Source: a virus
Length of the DNA stretch: 64,000 bases
Virus record (IMG/VR): IMGVR_UViG_3300017971_000201
Location: 32,001 to 96,000 of that record
Direction: 5' to 3' (one strand)
The notes below the pieces were generated by a model, which did not search any database, was not told where the DNA came from, and saw only the letters and a program-made list of their open reading frames with translations. A program made the position numbers and the translations under genes. Position 1 is the stretch's first letter. Each line of letters opens with the position of its first letter. Below, in pieces: positions 52,937-62,394 of the stretch.

Positions 52937-53470
52937 CTAGTACAGGTTCTTGCCGCGCTGCTTGTCCGCCGCGTCGGCACAGGACTCCGCAGCCTTGGCC
53001 GCCGCACGGAGCGACGAGACCAGAGCCTTGTGCTTGGGCTCCATCTTGGAGAGTCCGGGGTCCTTCCAGCGCTTCTTCTCGGCCCACATCCGCTCGCATG
53101 TCGTGGCCGCATCCTCGAGCGCGTACTGGAGATCGCGCTTGTTGATGTAGCGACGGGGCATCATGCCCATCATCTCGTGGAGAGGGTTGCGGCCGTCGTC
53201 CTGATCCTGTTCCTGCTCGGTCAGGCCGGCCAGCTTGTCGAACTGTCCCATCGTGTCCTCCTGGGCGCCCTTACCCTTCATGCGAACGATGGCAAAGCCC
53301 GCCCTCTTGAGGGCACTTCGGATCGCGAGCACCTTGTCGTACGGCTTGGTGAACTTCTCACCATGCTGCAAAGCCTTCAGGAGAGCGGCGTCCACCTCCT
53401 TGCGCTTGGCGATCTTCTCGCCCGCGTTCTTGGCCTCAACCAGTCCCGCCCTCTCGTCGAAGTGCCCCAC
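52937..53470 (-). CDS. hypothetical protein, possible head-internal protein
   Basis: RBS GAGGAG; two M-G-x-F-D-x-x-AGL-x-E units. Confidence 0.65.
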   Translation of the reverse strand: MGHFDERAGLVEAKNAGEKIAKRKEVDAALLKALQHGEKFTKPYDKVLAIRSALKRAGFAIVRMKGKGAQEDTMGQFDKLAGLTEQEQDQDDGRNPLHEMMGMMPRRYINKRDLQYALEDAATTCERMWAEKKRWKDPGLSKMEPKHKALVSSLRAAAKAAESCADAADKQRGKNLY

Positions 53471-53485
53471 CGCCGCTCCTCTACG

Positions 53486-53746
53486 TCATCCCTGGATGGC
53501 CTGGTCAAGGTGATCAATGGCCGTACTCACCGCACCTCTGGCTCGCATCGCTTTGTGCACGCGACGATCGAGCGATTGGCGTGCGCCAGGCTTGGCGACC
53601 TTGAGCTGCTTGCGGACCAGGGCCTCGATCGTCTTCAGCCTGTCGCCAATTCCCTCCAGCGAGGACTTGGCCGACATGAGCGAGGACACCGCCGCCTCGG
53701 CTTCCACAAGCGACTCATCCTCGATCACGCGATCGAACAGGCTCAT
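53486..53746 (-). CDS. hypothetical coiled-coil protein, possible head-internal protein
   Basis: MSLFDRVIEDESLVE start. Confidence 0.65.
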   Translation of the reverse strand: MSLFDRVIEDESLVEAEAAVSSLMSAKSSLEGIGDRLKTIEALVRKQLKVAKPGARQSLDRRVHKAMRARGAVSTAIDHLDQAIQG

Positions 53747-53786
53747 AATCTTTCTCTCGGTTGATTGGTCTGCGCTGACCCCGCGC

Positions 53787-54272
53787 TTACGCGGAGATGA
53801 TCTCGACCTCCAGCTCCTCGAGAGTGAGCGTCAGCTCTTGGAGCGCGACCTCGGAACCGGTAGCGTCCTTGTCGGCCATCGGCTTGACCGTGGACGGCCA
53901 GCACTCGCGCAGGCGCATGATCCGGGAGGGCGACCCGTCGATCCCGAACTCGTCGGTGATGTGGAACTCCATGATCATCAGGTCGGAGCGGTAGGTCTCC
54001 GCTGAACCGTTGATCACGTCGATGATCCACTTGTAGAAGTCGGACTCCCGCTGGACCGTGCCCTTCATCAGCTGGCACTCGCCGACGGTCTGGATGCCGG
54101 GGAACTTCCGGGTCCAGCGGTACACGCCCTCGCGGTACTCCGCCGGATCGATGCTGACCTCGGGGGTCGAGACCGTGGAGAACCCGGCGACGGGGTCGAG
54201 ATGCCCGCCGGCCGGGTCCACGACGTGGAACCTGTAGTTCAAATACGGATCTGTACTTGCAGCGCGGGCCAT
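53787..54272 (-). CDS. major tail tube protein (T4 gp19 family)
   Basis: DPYLNYRFHV, AGFS.VS.PE, EYREG, RKFPG, CWPS and DATGSEVALQELTL..E. Confidence 0.92.
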   Translation of the reverse strand: MARAASTDPYLNYRFHVVDPAGGHLDPVAGFSTVSTPEVSIDPAEYREGVYRWTRKFPGIQTVGECQLMKGTVQRESDFYKWIIDVINGSAETYRSDLMIMEFHITDEFGIDGSPSRIMRLRECWPSTVKPMADKDATGSEVALQELTLTLEELEVEIISA

Positions 54273-55171
54273 TAGCTCACCCTCCGTGCGTTGGTCTTGT
54301 CGAGGATACCTTGTCGATCGCGAAGCTCACGGTAGGTAAAGCCAAGCGAATTGAGCTTCCGTTCGTCCCAGATGGAGAACGGCAGGCTTGGATGGTCCTG
54401 CGTGAAGGCTTCGATCAGGCGATCCTGAGTCTTAGTCCGCCGACCCTTCACATCGATGAGGTTGACCAGCGCGCCGTCATCGTCATAGACCCAGAAATCA
54501 GGCGTGTACCTGCGAGGCTTGCCGGACCGGGTTCGCAAACTGTCGAGGTCGTAGCTGGTCACCTCGTAGATCCAGGTCAGCGCTTGCTGATCGAGCCACC
54601 AGGCCGCGAGCACCTCCCACGAGGATCGCATCAGGAACTCGCGGCCGAGCCTGTCGGTGAACGACCACTTCTTCCCGCGATGGTTGAACCCCTGCGGCCG
54701 GAGCCTGGCTCCAACCCGATGCAGCAAGAGATTGATGCCGGTAAGCGACATCCTGTAGTACTTGGCAAGCTCGGTGGTCGTGCGTCCTGCCGCATAAGCG
54801 GCGGCGATCTCGCGCTCCTTCGCGTCCGACCACCGCTTGTTCCGGTGGCCGGTCGCATCGCGCTCAACGCCAGCAGCGCGCAGCGTGTCGTAGACGCAGT
54901 CCTGCCCAACACCCAGTGCTGCCGCGATCTTAGGACCGCTCTCGCCCGATTGGTAGCGGCGTACGACCTCCGACCGCCGCTTCTTATCGAACTTGACGTG
55001 CCCCATGTTCTTCCGCAGCCGCTTGAGGCCCAGCTTCGAGGCCCGCGTCCGAACAGCCATAGGAGATCGACCTGGCAGCCGGTCAGCGCACCACGACGGA
55101 CCGTGGTCGGGGTACGAGGCGCGAAGCACCTCGTCCTCCTCCCTCGTCCATCTGGACGCTGCACGAGCCAT
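54272..55171 (-). CDS. free-standing PD-(D/E)xK homing endonuclease with HTH repeats
   Basis: Myb-like WTREEDEVL and HTH repeats, then MRSSWE...WIYE...YTPDF...IDVKG. Confidence 0.8.
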   Translation of the reverse strand: MARAASRWTREEDEVLRASYPDHGPSWCADRLPGRSPMAVRTRASKLGLKRLRKNMGHVKFDKKRRSEVVRRYQSGESGPKIAAALGVGQDCVYDTLRAAGVERDATGHRNKRWSDAKEREIAAAYAAGRTTTELAKYYRMSLTGINLLLHRVGARLRPQGFNHRGKKWSFTDRLGREFLMRSSWEVLAAWWLDQQALTWIYEVTSYDLDSLRTRSGKPRRYTPDFWVYDDDGALVNLIDVKGRRTKTQDRLIEAFTQDHPSLPFSIWDERKLNSLGFTYRELRDRQGILDKTNARRVS

Positions 55172-55199
55172 GTCTGTCTCCTATCCTTGCCCGACCCGC

Positions 55200-57962
55200 C
55201 TACGAGATCTGCGTGCCGACCGGCTGCTGGAGGGTGAAGATGATGAACTCCGCCGGCGTGCCGGGGTTGAACCCGATGTCGATGATCGCCTTGCCATCGG
55301 CCACGGTCGCGGCGTTGTTGTTCGTGGCGTTGCACGTCACGAAGAACGCCTCGGCCTCGGTCTCGCCGGCGAAGTAGCCGAGACGGAACAGCGAGCCGTA
55401 GTAGCCCTTGAGGGCGGTCTCGATCTTCGCCCACAACGGCGGCCCGTTGTTCTCGAACACAGCCCACTGGAGGTTGAGGCTGGTCGCGTACATCAGGAAC
55501 ATGTGCAGCGTGCGCGCGTTGATGTATCGCCAGCGCCTCTCTCGCGAGAGACTGCGAACCCCCCAGACGGCGATCCCGGTCGCGTCGCTCGAGATGATCG
55601 GGTTGATCCTCGACTGGTAGAGGTTGTCCCGGTCGGTCTTCTCCAGCACGAACTCGGCGGCGACGACGCCGACCGCGTTGAGCGCGCCGTCCTCGACACC
55701 ACCGGGGGCCTTCCCGACGTTCTTGACGTTCGCCGTGCGAGCGTAGACGCCGGCCACGAGCGGCGACACCGGCACCAGCTCGACCCGATCGGTGAGCGGG
55801 TTGACGAAGTAGATGTTGGGGTAGTACATCGCCCCGATCTTCTCGTCCCACGCCTGGTCGACCTGGATGTACTTGATCGCCTCGCTCACGGTCGTGCCGT
55901 TGGCGTAGCACATGATCAGGTAGCGCAGGTCCGGCCGGTTCTTGGCGAACTGGACCATGTCGAACTGCACGAATTCCGAGCCCTCGAAGTCCGGCACCAC
56001 GACGTTGAGGGGCTCCTCGACCAGGTCGAGGGCGTAGATCCCCTGCTTGCTGGACTCCAAGGCGGCGGCCGAGATGTCCGCGCGGGTGACGGCCGTGCCG
56101 TTGACACCGCCGGACATCTGCCACTCCGCCGAGTCGGCGAGCCCGGTGTAGTTGCCCAGGATGGCGGTGCCGGCCGTCGGCGCGCTGTCCCAGGTCAGGT
56201 CCCAGGCGCCGGTGTCGTAGTCGATCGTGTTGGCACCGGCCGCGTCCACGTCTCCGACCAGGTTGCCGAGCCCATCGTCGGTCGCGACCTGGCCCGACTG
56301 GTAGTCGGCGTCGATCGTGGTCGTGTTCCTCGGGGCCACGAGCGTGGTGAGGGCGATGATCCCGGTGACGTAGTCGACCGAGCCAGCTGCACCAGCGACA
56401 CCGCCCAGCTCGGTCAGGTCTCCGGCCACGTCGCCGTTCACGATCCCGAGCGGAACGTAGTCCACCAGGATGTCCGTGCTGCCGATCGGAGCCACCGAGG
56501 CTTCGAAGTCGATCAGGCCGCTCTGGGTCGGGTTGGACACGTCGTCCACCAGGTCGATCGTGTTCGTGCCCACGCCGAGCGCGCCCGCGAGAGCGACTCC
56601 CTGCTCCAGGTTGTCCGTGCCGGCCGCCTTGGTGATGATCGCCGACGCGTTGTAGGTCGCGATGACCGTGCTGGTGAGCACCAGCCCGCCGCCCAGCGAT
56701 CCGGTCACGAGCCCGGTCATGGCACCGGTGACGTAGTTGATGGTCCCGCCGCCCGGCATGGCCAGGGGGTTCACCAGGTTGCCGAGCCCGTCGTCGAGGA
56801 TGACCTGCGCGCCGTCGTCCACGGTCGTCACCGCGATGGCGACAGTGCCGGGGTGAACCGGCGTGCCGGTCAGCGGTGCCGTGCTGAGGTCGTAGTTGCC
56901 ACCCGGCGACGACGCGACCAGCGTCTCCGGCGAAGGACCGGCCACGATCGCGTAGCGGAGCTGGAAGACCGTGTTCTCCCGGTAGACGGGAGCGGTCAGC
57001 GCGCCAGCCGCGATCTGGAAGGACGTGTCGGCTCCGTTGACCGTGCCGAGCGCGAACGGGCCGCTGCCGAGGTTGTCGAACTGGTTGCTGACCTTGGCGT
57101 AGAACAGCCGCAGGCTGCCGTCGAGCACCGGCGTCGTCGGGAGCGTCATCGCGAACGATGTCTCGATCCCGTCGACCGCCGGTGTTGGCGTCTGGCCCTC
57201 GTCGTCCTGCTGGGCATCGGCCGCGACGATCCGCAGCGTGTTGTCCAGGCAGGCGCCGGCCGAGAGCGTCCCCGAGAACTGCGTGTCGATGCCGTTGACC
57301 GATCCGCCGGCCACCAGCACCTCGTCCTCCTCGTATGAGGGGAGCAACCCGCTCGGCGTGCCGCCCGCGCCTTCGGTGATCTCCACCAGCTGGGAGGGCC
57401 GCCGGGGATCGGTGAGGACGGTGGTGACGTAGTCGGCCGCGTCCGGGTCGGTGAACTGGACCGCCTCGTAGGTCTCCTCGGAGACGAGGATCGAGGCGTC
57501 GAACTCCGAAGGACGGAGGACGAGCAGGTCGAACTTCCCCCACTGCTCGGCGCCGGCCGTCCGGTCGAGGAAGTTGCGGTTCCCTCGGATGTGGATCCGG
57601 GTCGTGTTCCCCCAGGTCCCCTCACCCTTCATGGTGAAGGTCCACTTGGTGGGGCCAGGCGACGCGTCGATGTTCGCCCACGCCGAGATGGCATCGGACG
57701 GAACCACACGGACGATGTAGGCCCGCTGTCCACCGTTCCCGAAGAAGCCCTGGATCCCGATCGGGACCAGACCTAATGACGAGATCTGGCCGAAGACCCG
57801 CTCGAACTCGACGGTCGAGCGGACCTCGACCGGCGTGTTGCTCGGTCCCTCGTCGGTCCATCCGACGAACGCCGCCTTCGCGGGAGAGATGCCCTCGGGG
57901 GCACGAGACGGCTCCTTCTCGAAGCCGTAGACACCTGGGCTGAGGATTTCGAGTTGGGCCAC
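55200..57962 (-). CDS. contractile tail sheath protein
   Basis: SPGVYGFE, AFVG.T..GP, FFGNGG.RAYIVRV, KAPGG, RINPI, VWGVRSL, WRYINAR, WAVFENN and PAEFIIF. Confidence 0.95.
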   Translation of the reverse strand: MAQLEILSPGVYGFEKEPSRAPEGISPAKAAFVGWTDEGPSNTPVEVRSTVEFERVFGQISSLGLVPIGIQGFFGNGGQRAYIVRVVPSDAISAWANIDASPGPTKWTFTMKGEGTWGNTTRIHIRGNRNFLDRTAGAEQWGKFDLLVLRPSEFDASILVSEETYEAVQFTDPDAADYVTTVLTDPRRPSQLVEITEGAGGTPSGLLPSYEEDEVLVAGGSVNGIDTQFSGTLSAGACLDNTLRIVAADAQQDDEGQTPTPAVDGIETSFAMTLPTTPVLDGSLRLFYAKVSNQFDNLGSGPFALGTVNGADTSFQIAAGALTAPVYRENTVFQLRYAIVAGPSPETLVASSPGGNYDLSTAPLTGTPVHPGTVAIAVTTVDDGAQVILDDGLGNLVNPLAMPGGGTINYVTGAMTGLVTGSLGGGLVLTSTVIATYNASAIITKAAGTDNLEQGVALAGALGVGTNTIDLVDDVSNPTQSGLIDFEASVAPIGSTDILVDYVPLGIVNGDVAGDLTELGGVAGAAGSVDYVTGIIALTTLVAPRNTTTIDADYQSGQVATDDGLGNLVGDVDAAGANTIDYDTGAWDLTWDSAPTAGTAILGNYTGLADSAEWQMSGGVNGTAVTRADISAAALESSKQGIYALDLVEEPLNVVVPDFEGSEFVQFDMVQFAKNRPDLRYLIMCYANGTTVSEAIKYIQVDQAWDEKIGAMYYPNIYFVNPLTDRVELVPVSPLVAGVYARTANVKNVGKAPGGVEDGALNAVGVVAAEFVLEKTDRDNLYQSRINPIISSDATGIAVWGVRSLSRERRWRYINARTLHMFLMYATSLNLQWAVFENNGPPLWAKIETALKGYYGSLFRLGYFAGETEAEAFFVTCNATNNNAATVADGKAIIDIGFNPGTPAEFIIFTLQQPVGTQIS

Positions 57963-58004
57963 GGCGCTCTCCTAAGCTCTCTCTTGGCTGGTTGCGGACC
58001 GAGC

Positions 58005-58319
58005 CTACTTGGGCTCGTCGTCGAGGATCGCGATGGGAGTGTCATCCGCCCGCGCCGGCTTCGGCTTGGGCGACGGGGTCTTCTTGGGGGCCGGGAGTGG
58101 CCTCGGCTTGACGGCGGTCGCCACCTTCGTCGCCCGCAGGGCATTGGCCTCGCGATCCGACAGCTGACGGAGCCGCTTCGCTCGCAGCCCGCGCACGACG
58201 CCCTTGTTCGAGGGACTGGCCTCGAAGATCTGGCCGGGCCGATGTGCCTTCGTCACGCCTCCGGGAAAGTCCACCATCCACGGACCGCGCCCGGTGACCT
58301 GGTAGTACTGAGTCCTCAT
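58005..58319 (-). CDS. hypothetical basic protein
   Basis: ATGA overlap; upstream of the sheath gene. Confidence 0.6.
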   Translation of the reverse strand: MRTQYYQVTGRGPWMVDFPGGVTKAHRPGQIFEASPSNKGVVRGLRAKRLRQLSDREANALRATKVATAVKPRPLPAPKKTPSPKPKPARADDTPIAILDDEPK

Positions 58320-59110
58320 TCGTCACTCCCTATGGCGGTAACCCGCTTCATCGGCTGTCCGTCGCCGTAGAGGCCGCCGCCTCCCGGATCGGGACCAGGG
58401 TTGTTCGGATCAACCGGCTCGATTGGATCAGGCTGCGTTCCTCCGACGAATCCCGGGACGACCGTGGGCACCTTGTCGAGCGTCAGTTCCCCTTCGACGC
58501 GAAGTGACAGGCTGAGCCCACACACCCGATCGACGAGCGAGTTGATCTCCGTGAGATCCGCTGTCCCCTCCTGAAACGTATGGTAGACGCGCTCGACTCC
58601 GAGGCCGTCGACCACCGTGACTTCACCATAGAGAGGATACCGAACCATCACCATCTGGAGAAGCACCTGGGCGACAGTCCGGTGCCGGCTCCAGCACTCG
58701 ACCGTGTACGTGAAGTCGTAGGGCCACTCCCGCTCCTTGATCTCGTAGTGAGACCAGCCGAGATCTTGGCCAACCGAGATCCGTACGGCACCTTCGGCCG
58801 GCAGGCGGTAAGAGAGCGTCGGCGACCAGACGCGCTGCTGGGATGGTGTCACGTCGTCGCGAATGACGAGAACGCAGGGAAGCTCCCACTCCTGGTCGGT
58901 GGGCTCCGACTGCTTGAACCCGACTAACGCGCGCTCGATCTTGATCGGCGCGTCGTTGCTGTTCGCGGGCTCAACGAAGACGCCGTCGAGCGGTAGGTAG
59001 TACTGATTCTTCTCCGCGTCGAGCTGCGCGCCGAGACCCTCAACGATCCCCTGATCGTAATCGATCAGGTCGATGTGGCCGGTCCGGTGTCCGAACTCGA
59101 GCGACGGCAT
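58316..59110 (-). CDS. tail terminator / sheath-stabiliser-like protein
   Basis: LP.V...RDD and PYDFTYTVECWS motifs; position between neck and sheath; TAGAAT 6 nt before the ATG. Confidence 0.6.
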   Translation of the reverse strand: MPSLEFGHRTGHIDLIDYDQGIVEGLGAQLDAEKNQYYLPLDGVFVEPANSNDAPIKIERALVGFKQSEPTDQEWELPCVLVIRDDVTPSQQRVWSPTLSYRLPAEGAVRISVGQDLGWSHYEIKEREWPYDFTYTVECWSRHRTVAQVLLQMVMVRYPLYGEVTVVDGLGVERVYHTFQEGTADLTEINSLVDRVCGLSLSLRVEGELTLDKVPTVVPGFVGGTQPDPIEPVDPNNPGPDPGGGGLYGDGQPMKRVTAIGSDE

Positions 59111-59149
59111 GGGCACATTCTACGGTGGAGGGCCGCTGGCCGCCATAAA

Positions 59150-59908
59150 CTACAGCCAGCTCTCGTCCCGTCGTTTCTCCAGCCGCTTTCGCAGGCTATC
59201 GGCCAGTTTGTCCACCTCATCCAGCCGACCGCCGGCCAGCGCTTCCCTGATCTCTCGGCCAGCATTGGCAACCCACGCCGGGGCCTGGTTCTTCGCCGAT
59301 CTGGCCGTCTTCAGCCAGTGCGGAACTCGCGGGAACCCGCCCAGACCGTGCTCCAGACGCATCTGGAGGAACACGAGATCGATGAAGACCTTGCCGTTGA
59401 TCGAGGGCTTCACACCGTCGGTCACCGTCGCGCCGAGCTGCGTGATCTTGTTCACGACGTCAGCGTAGACCTCGCGTAGACGTCGGCGATGACCGTCCAT
59501 CTCGGTTACGGAAGCCGGCCGAACCTCGGCCTCAGCTGGGATACCACCCGAGACTGGCGGAAGCATGTCCACGGTCCACGGATTGTGCTTCGCCAGCTCG
59601 GCCGCGATCGGGCTCGATCCACCGATCTTGATCTGAGTGCTCTCGGCCGGGACCGTGGTGAGTGTCGTCCTCGAAAGTCCGGCGATGGCCCACTCGTCCT
59701 TGCTGTCGATCTCGAGGTACTGGATCGCATCACGGTAGAGATCGAGCCACTTCTCGCCTCTCGGGATCCGCTTTCTCACATCCTCCTGAATGCCCTGGGC
59801 GATGGCGCGACCCGCGACCGTGCCCGCAGCTCGGACGCGCTTCATCACGTCTCGCTGGAGGTTCTTGGGTAGCTTCCCTGTCGTCGTAACCTTAATGAAC
59901 TTAGCCAT
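59150..59908 (-). CDS. neck/tail-completion protein
   Basis: RLEHGLGG.PRVPHW motif resembles HK97 gp10-like tail completion proteins; genomic position fits. Confidence 0.5.
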   Translation of the reverse strand: MAKFIKVTTTGKLPKNLQRDVMKRVRAAGTVAGRAIAQGIQEDVRKRIPRGEKWLDLYRDAIQYLEIDSKDEWAIAGLSRTTLTTVPAESTQIKIGGSSPIAAELAKHNPWTVDMLPPVSGGIPAEAEVRPASVTEMDGHRRRLREVYADVVNKITQLGATVTDGVKPSINGKVFIDLVFLQMRLEHGLGGFPRVPHWLKTARSAKNQAPAWVANAGREIREALAGGRLDEVDKLADSLRKRLEKRRDESWL

Positions 59909-60697
59909 TTACGCTCTCGGCGGCGGCGAGTCCGGCGAGAGGTCACCAGGCGTTGTATCGCCAGTCGACCCGTCCGGCGGCGACTCTGAGAGCTTCCGCT
60001 CGGCGATCTTGCGCTGCGGCTCGTACTTGGAGGACTTCACGAGGATCATCTTGTAGGCGGTGAAGAAGCCGTCGCCGCCGAACCGGCCTCCCTCGCTGTC
60101 TCGGTCGACGTCCTCCACGTCCATGTACATGTCGAGCCCTTTGGTGAAGCGGACGACGTCGCCAGGACGCGGCTGGAGGTTCCATTCCCGGTCGCACAGC
60201 ACTCGCGCGAGGTAGAAGTCGCACCGGCGGACGTAGATCACGCCGCGCTCGTCTGGCTCCTGCTCGTGCTCGACGTTGTCCACTCGCCCGCGAACGAGGA
60301 TCGGCTGCATGTAGGGCCAGTCAGGCTGGATCTCCCGCTTGGCGGAGTCGATCCGGCTCTTGATGATCACGCGCTCGCCGTAGAGCGCGAGACCGGCGTG
60401 CTTCTTCCTGGCGAACGGATCGTCGGGCTGTGTCTCCGGCGTCGCGAGCTTGCTCCGGTGGCCCGCGTTCGACAGCGGGTGATCGCCATCGATCCGCCTG
60501 TTCTGATCCTCGAGCACGTAGTAGTAGGCGTTCACCCCGCGCAGGCGAGTGAGCTGGCGCGAGATGAAGTCGGCGTACGCCTTGTTGCGCGTGCCGTAGA
60601 ACGTGTCGGGAACACCAGCCACGCCGCTGGTGCCGGGGAGGGCCTTGAACTGGCCGTACTCGTAATCCGGTGGGGTGGGCGGTCGCACATCAGCCAC
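59909..60697 (-). CDS. head closure / neck protein (T4 gp14-like)
   Basis: G....YYV, LYGE and PRPGDVVRF motifs; genomic position fits. Confidence 0.6.
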   Translation of the reverse strand: MADVRPPTPPDYEYGQFKALPGTSGVAGVPDTFYGTRNKAYADFISRQLTRLRGVNAYYYVLEDQNRRIDGDHPLSNAGHRSKLATPETQPDDPFARKKHAGLALYGERVIIKSRIDSAKREIQPDWPYMQPILVRGRVDNVEHEQEPDERGVIYVRRCDFYLARVLCDREWNLQPRPGDVVRFTKGLDMYMDVEDVDRDSEGGRFGGDGFFTAYKMILVKSSKYEPQRKIAERKLSESPPDGSTGDTTPGDLSPDSPPPRA

Positions 60698-61148
60698 GGT
60701 TCACCTCCCGCCAGCTCTGCGAGTACTTCTCGGGCGCGTCCTCGTAGAGCCCCCTGGCCCAACCGCGCAGCTTCCTGGCCTTGACCGTGAACTTGACGAT
60801 CGGAGGAGGCCGCTTGCCGCCCCGCCGCTTCCTGTGCCGGAGCGGCTGCCGCTCACGCATGAACATCTCGCGCTCTCGCTGCTTCCCCCTGTGGGTCAGC
60901 TGAACGCGGCTCTCGTCCCGACCATGCGGCTTGATCCGGGCCTCGGAGCCGTCCCGCTTGGGTCCGGCCGTGAGCAGGCCCCACGTGACGACGTTGAACG
61001 CCTTGATGAAGTCGTCCTCGGTCGGATCGTTGCCAGACGCCTCACGCATGATGTGCGAGTACATCCCCGAGATCACCAGCGGCGGGAGGCTGTCAGGGTC
61101 TCGGATCGCGACGTAGGGGTCGAACTTCTTCTGCGGTTCGTGGGCCAT
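60690..61148 (-). CDS. hypothetical protein
   Basis: Coupled ORF between neck genes. Confidence 0.6.
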   Translation of the reverse strand: MAHEPQKKFDPYVAIRDPDSLPPLVISGMYSHIMREASGNDPTEDDFIKAFNVVTWGLLTAGPKRDGSEARIKPHGRDESRVQLTHRGKQREREMFMRERQPLRHRKRRGGKRPPPIVKFTVKARKLRGWARGLYEDAPEKYSQSWREVNRG

Positions 61149-61151
61149 CGG

Positions 61152-61988
61152 CTACCCGGTGATGATCGGAACGGCGCGCTTCCAGTTGAGGATGTCCTGG
61201 TTGAGCTTCTCGATGAGCGTCTCGGCGTTGGACATGAGGTCGGTGCCGTTCATGGTCCGGTCACCGGCGATCGACGGCCACGAGTCGACGGTCATGCGGA
61301 TGTTCCCCAGCGTGCCCATCGCCTCGGCCAGGAGTTTCCGGCGGAAGAAGCCGGACTCTTGCGGGTCGAGCTGGCGAGCATCGACGGTCCACGTGTGCAC
61401 GGTCACCAGCGCGGTGGTCAGCCCGGAGCTGACGGATGATGGTGGCGGCATGATCTCGAGAGTGCGCGTTTCCTTCGTCCACTCCCAGTCCCGGTCGGTC
61501 GAGAAGATCCGGCCAATCTCCTCGAGATACTGGAGACGCTGCACGAGGTCCGAGTAGGGCAGCGGCGCGACGTTCGGGTTCGTCCACTGGCCGAACAGGA
61601 GGCTGAAGTAGGTGTAGCTGAACTGGTCGGCGTCGAGCGTCGGCAGCTGGTAGTTCGGGTAGTCGACCCGGATCACCTCGATGACGTCGGGCGGCATGAG
61701 GTAAGAGGTCTGCCCGTTGGCCAAGGGAATCTGGAGCACCTTCTTGACACCGACTCGTTCAGCGTACCAGCGCCGGGTCTCGTCCATGCAGTCGTCGTAG
61801 TGCGTCTCGCCTGGCGGGAACGGCTGGTCGGTGAGCGGGTCGATGTCGCCGGGCGAGGTCAGCTCGATGTCGATGATGCCTCCGCCGAGCTTGCGAAGCA
61901 CCCATCGCCAGTGCTCCTCCTCGCTCTTCCCCTGGCCGGAGATCGCCGGGAGGTCATCTGGTGCAGGAGGCTCGGGCGCTACGGTCAT
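61152..61988 (-). CDS. neck / head-tail adaptor (T4 gp13-like)
   Basis: LRKLGGGIIDIELT, L.I.PPP, LG.IR and MNG.DL..A motifs. Confidence 0.75.
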   Translation of the reverse strand: MTVAPEPPAPDDLPAISGQGKSEEEHWRWVLRKLGGGIIDIELTSPGDIDPLTDQPFPPGETHYDDCMDETRRWYAERVGVKKVLQIPLANGQTSYLMPPDVIEVIRVDYPNYQLPTLDADQFSYTYFSLLFGQWTNPNVAPLPYSDLVQRLQYLEEIGRIFSTDRDWEWTKETRTLEIMPPPSSVSSGLTTALVTVHTWTVDARQLDPQESGFFRRKLLAEAMGTLGNIRMTVDSWPSIAGDRTMNGTDLMSNAETLIEKLNQDILNWKRAVPIITG

Positions 61989-62061
61989 GGCTGCTCCTGG
62001 GTCCACCACCATCCTAACGTGCGGCGCAGAGCTAGACCACAGAGCTACTTAGGGAAAACCT

Positions 62062-62090
62062 GTGAGAACGGGCAGTGGGGTTGTTGAGAG
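62062..62090 (+). promoter_or_regulatory. bipartite motif copy 5
   Basis: GTGAGAA-CGGGCAGTGGG-GTTGTTGAGAG, followed by AAGGAG and ATG 62107. Confidence 0.7.
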
Positions 62091-62106
62091 GGTAGAAGGA
62101 GAGAAC

Positions 62107-62394
62107 ATGACCCTCACAGACCCCAACCTGATCGAGATCCGCGACCTGTGCGCGGACCTCGCAGACGACCGCACTGGGGCTGACTGCCACGGTCTCGTCT
62201 TTCACATCAACAGGTGGCTGTTCGTGGACAACCGGTGCGTTGGCAGGCTCTTTCTCCGCACCATCGGCCGCGCCGCCGCCAAGCACCGCTCGCGCACCTT
62301 CAAGCTGACCGGTCGCGTACCGGTCGCGGAGAGGATCGCCAAGGCTGCCCACAAGATCACCGAGGAGACCAAGGGGACGATCAGTGAAGGGTAA
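62107..62394 (+). CDS. hypothetical protein
   Basis: RBS and repeated motif upstream. Confidence 0.65.
   Translation: MTLTDPNLIEIRDLCADLADDRTGADCHGLVFHINRWLFVDNRCVGRLFLRTIGRAAAKHRSRTFKLTGRVPVAERIAKAAHKITEETKGTISEG

Noticed and set aside
54631-57543. Very long alternative-frame ORFs (970 aa here; also 54993-57338, 34100-36364, 4745-6442, 696-2165, 38810-40468)
   Set aside because: Shadow ORFs of high-GC3 genes, either Arg/Gly/Pro-rich or codon-aligned antisense. They have no motifs or RBS, unlike the two nested HNH genes.
27401-57962. Extracellular contractile injection system (eCIS/Afp) or T6SS
   Set aside because: Sheath, tubes and baseplate resemble CIS parts, but gp13/gp14-like neck genes, a tape measure with a frameshifted chaperone and phage-type metabolic genes point to a myophage tail.
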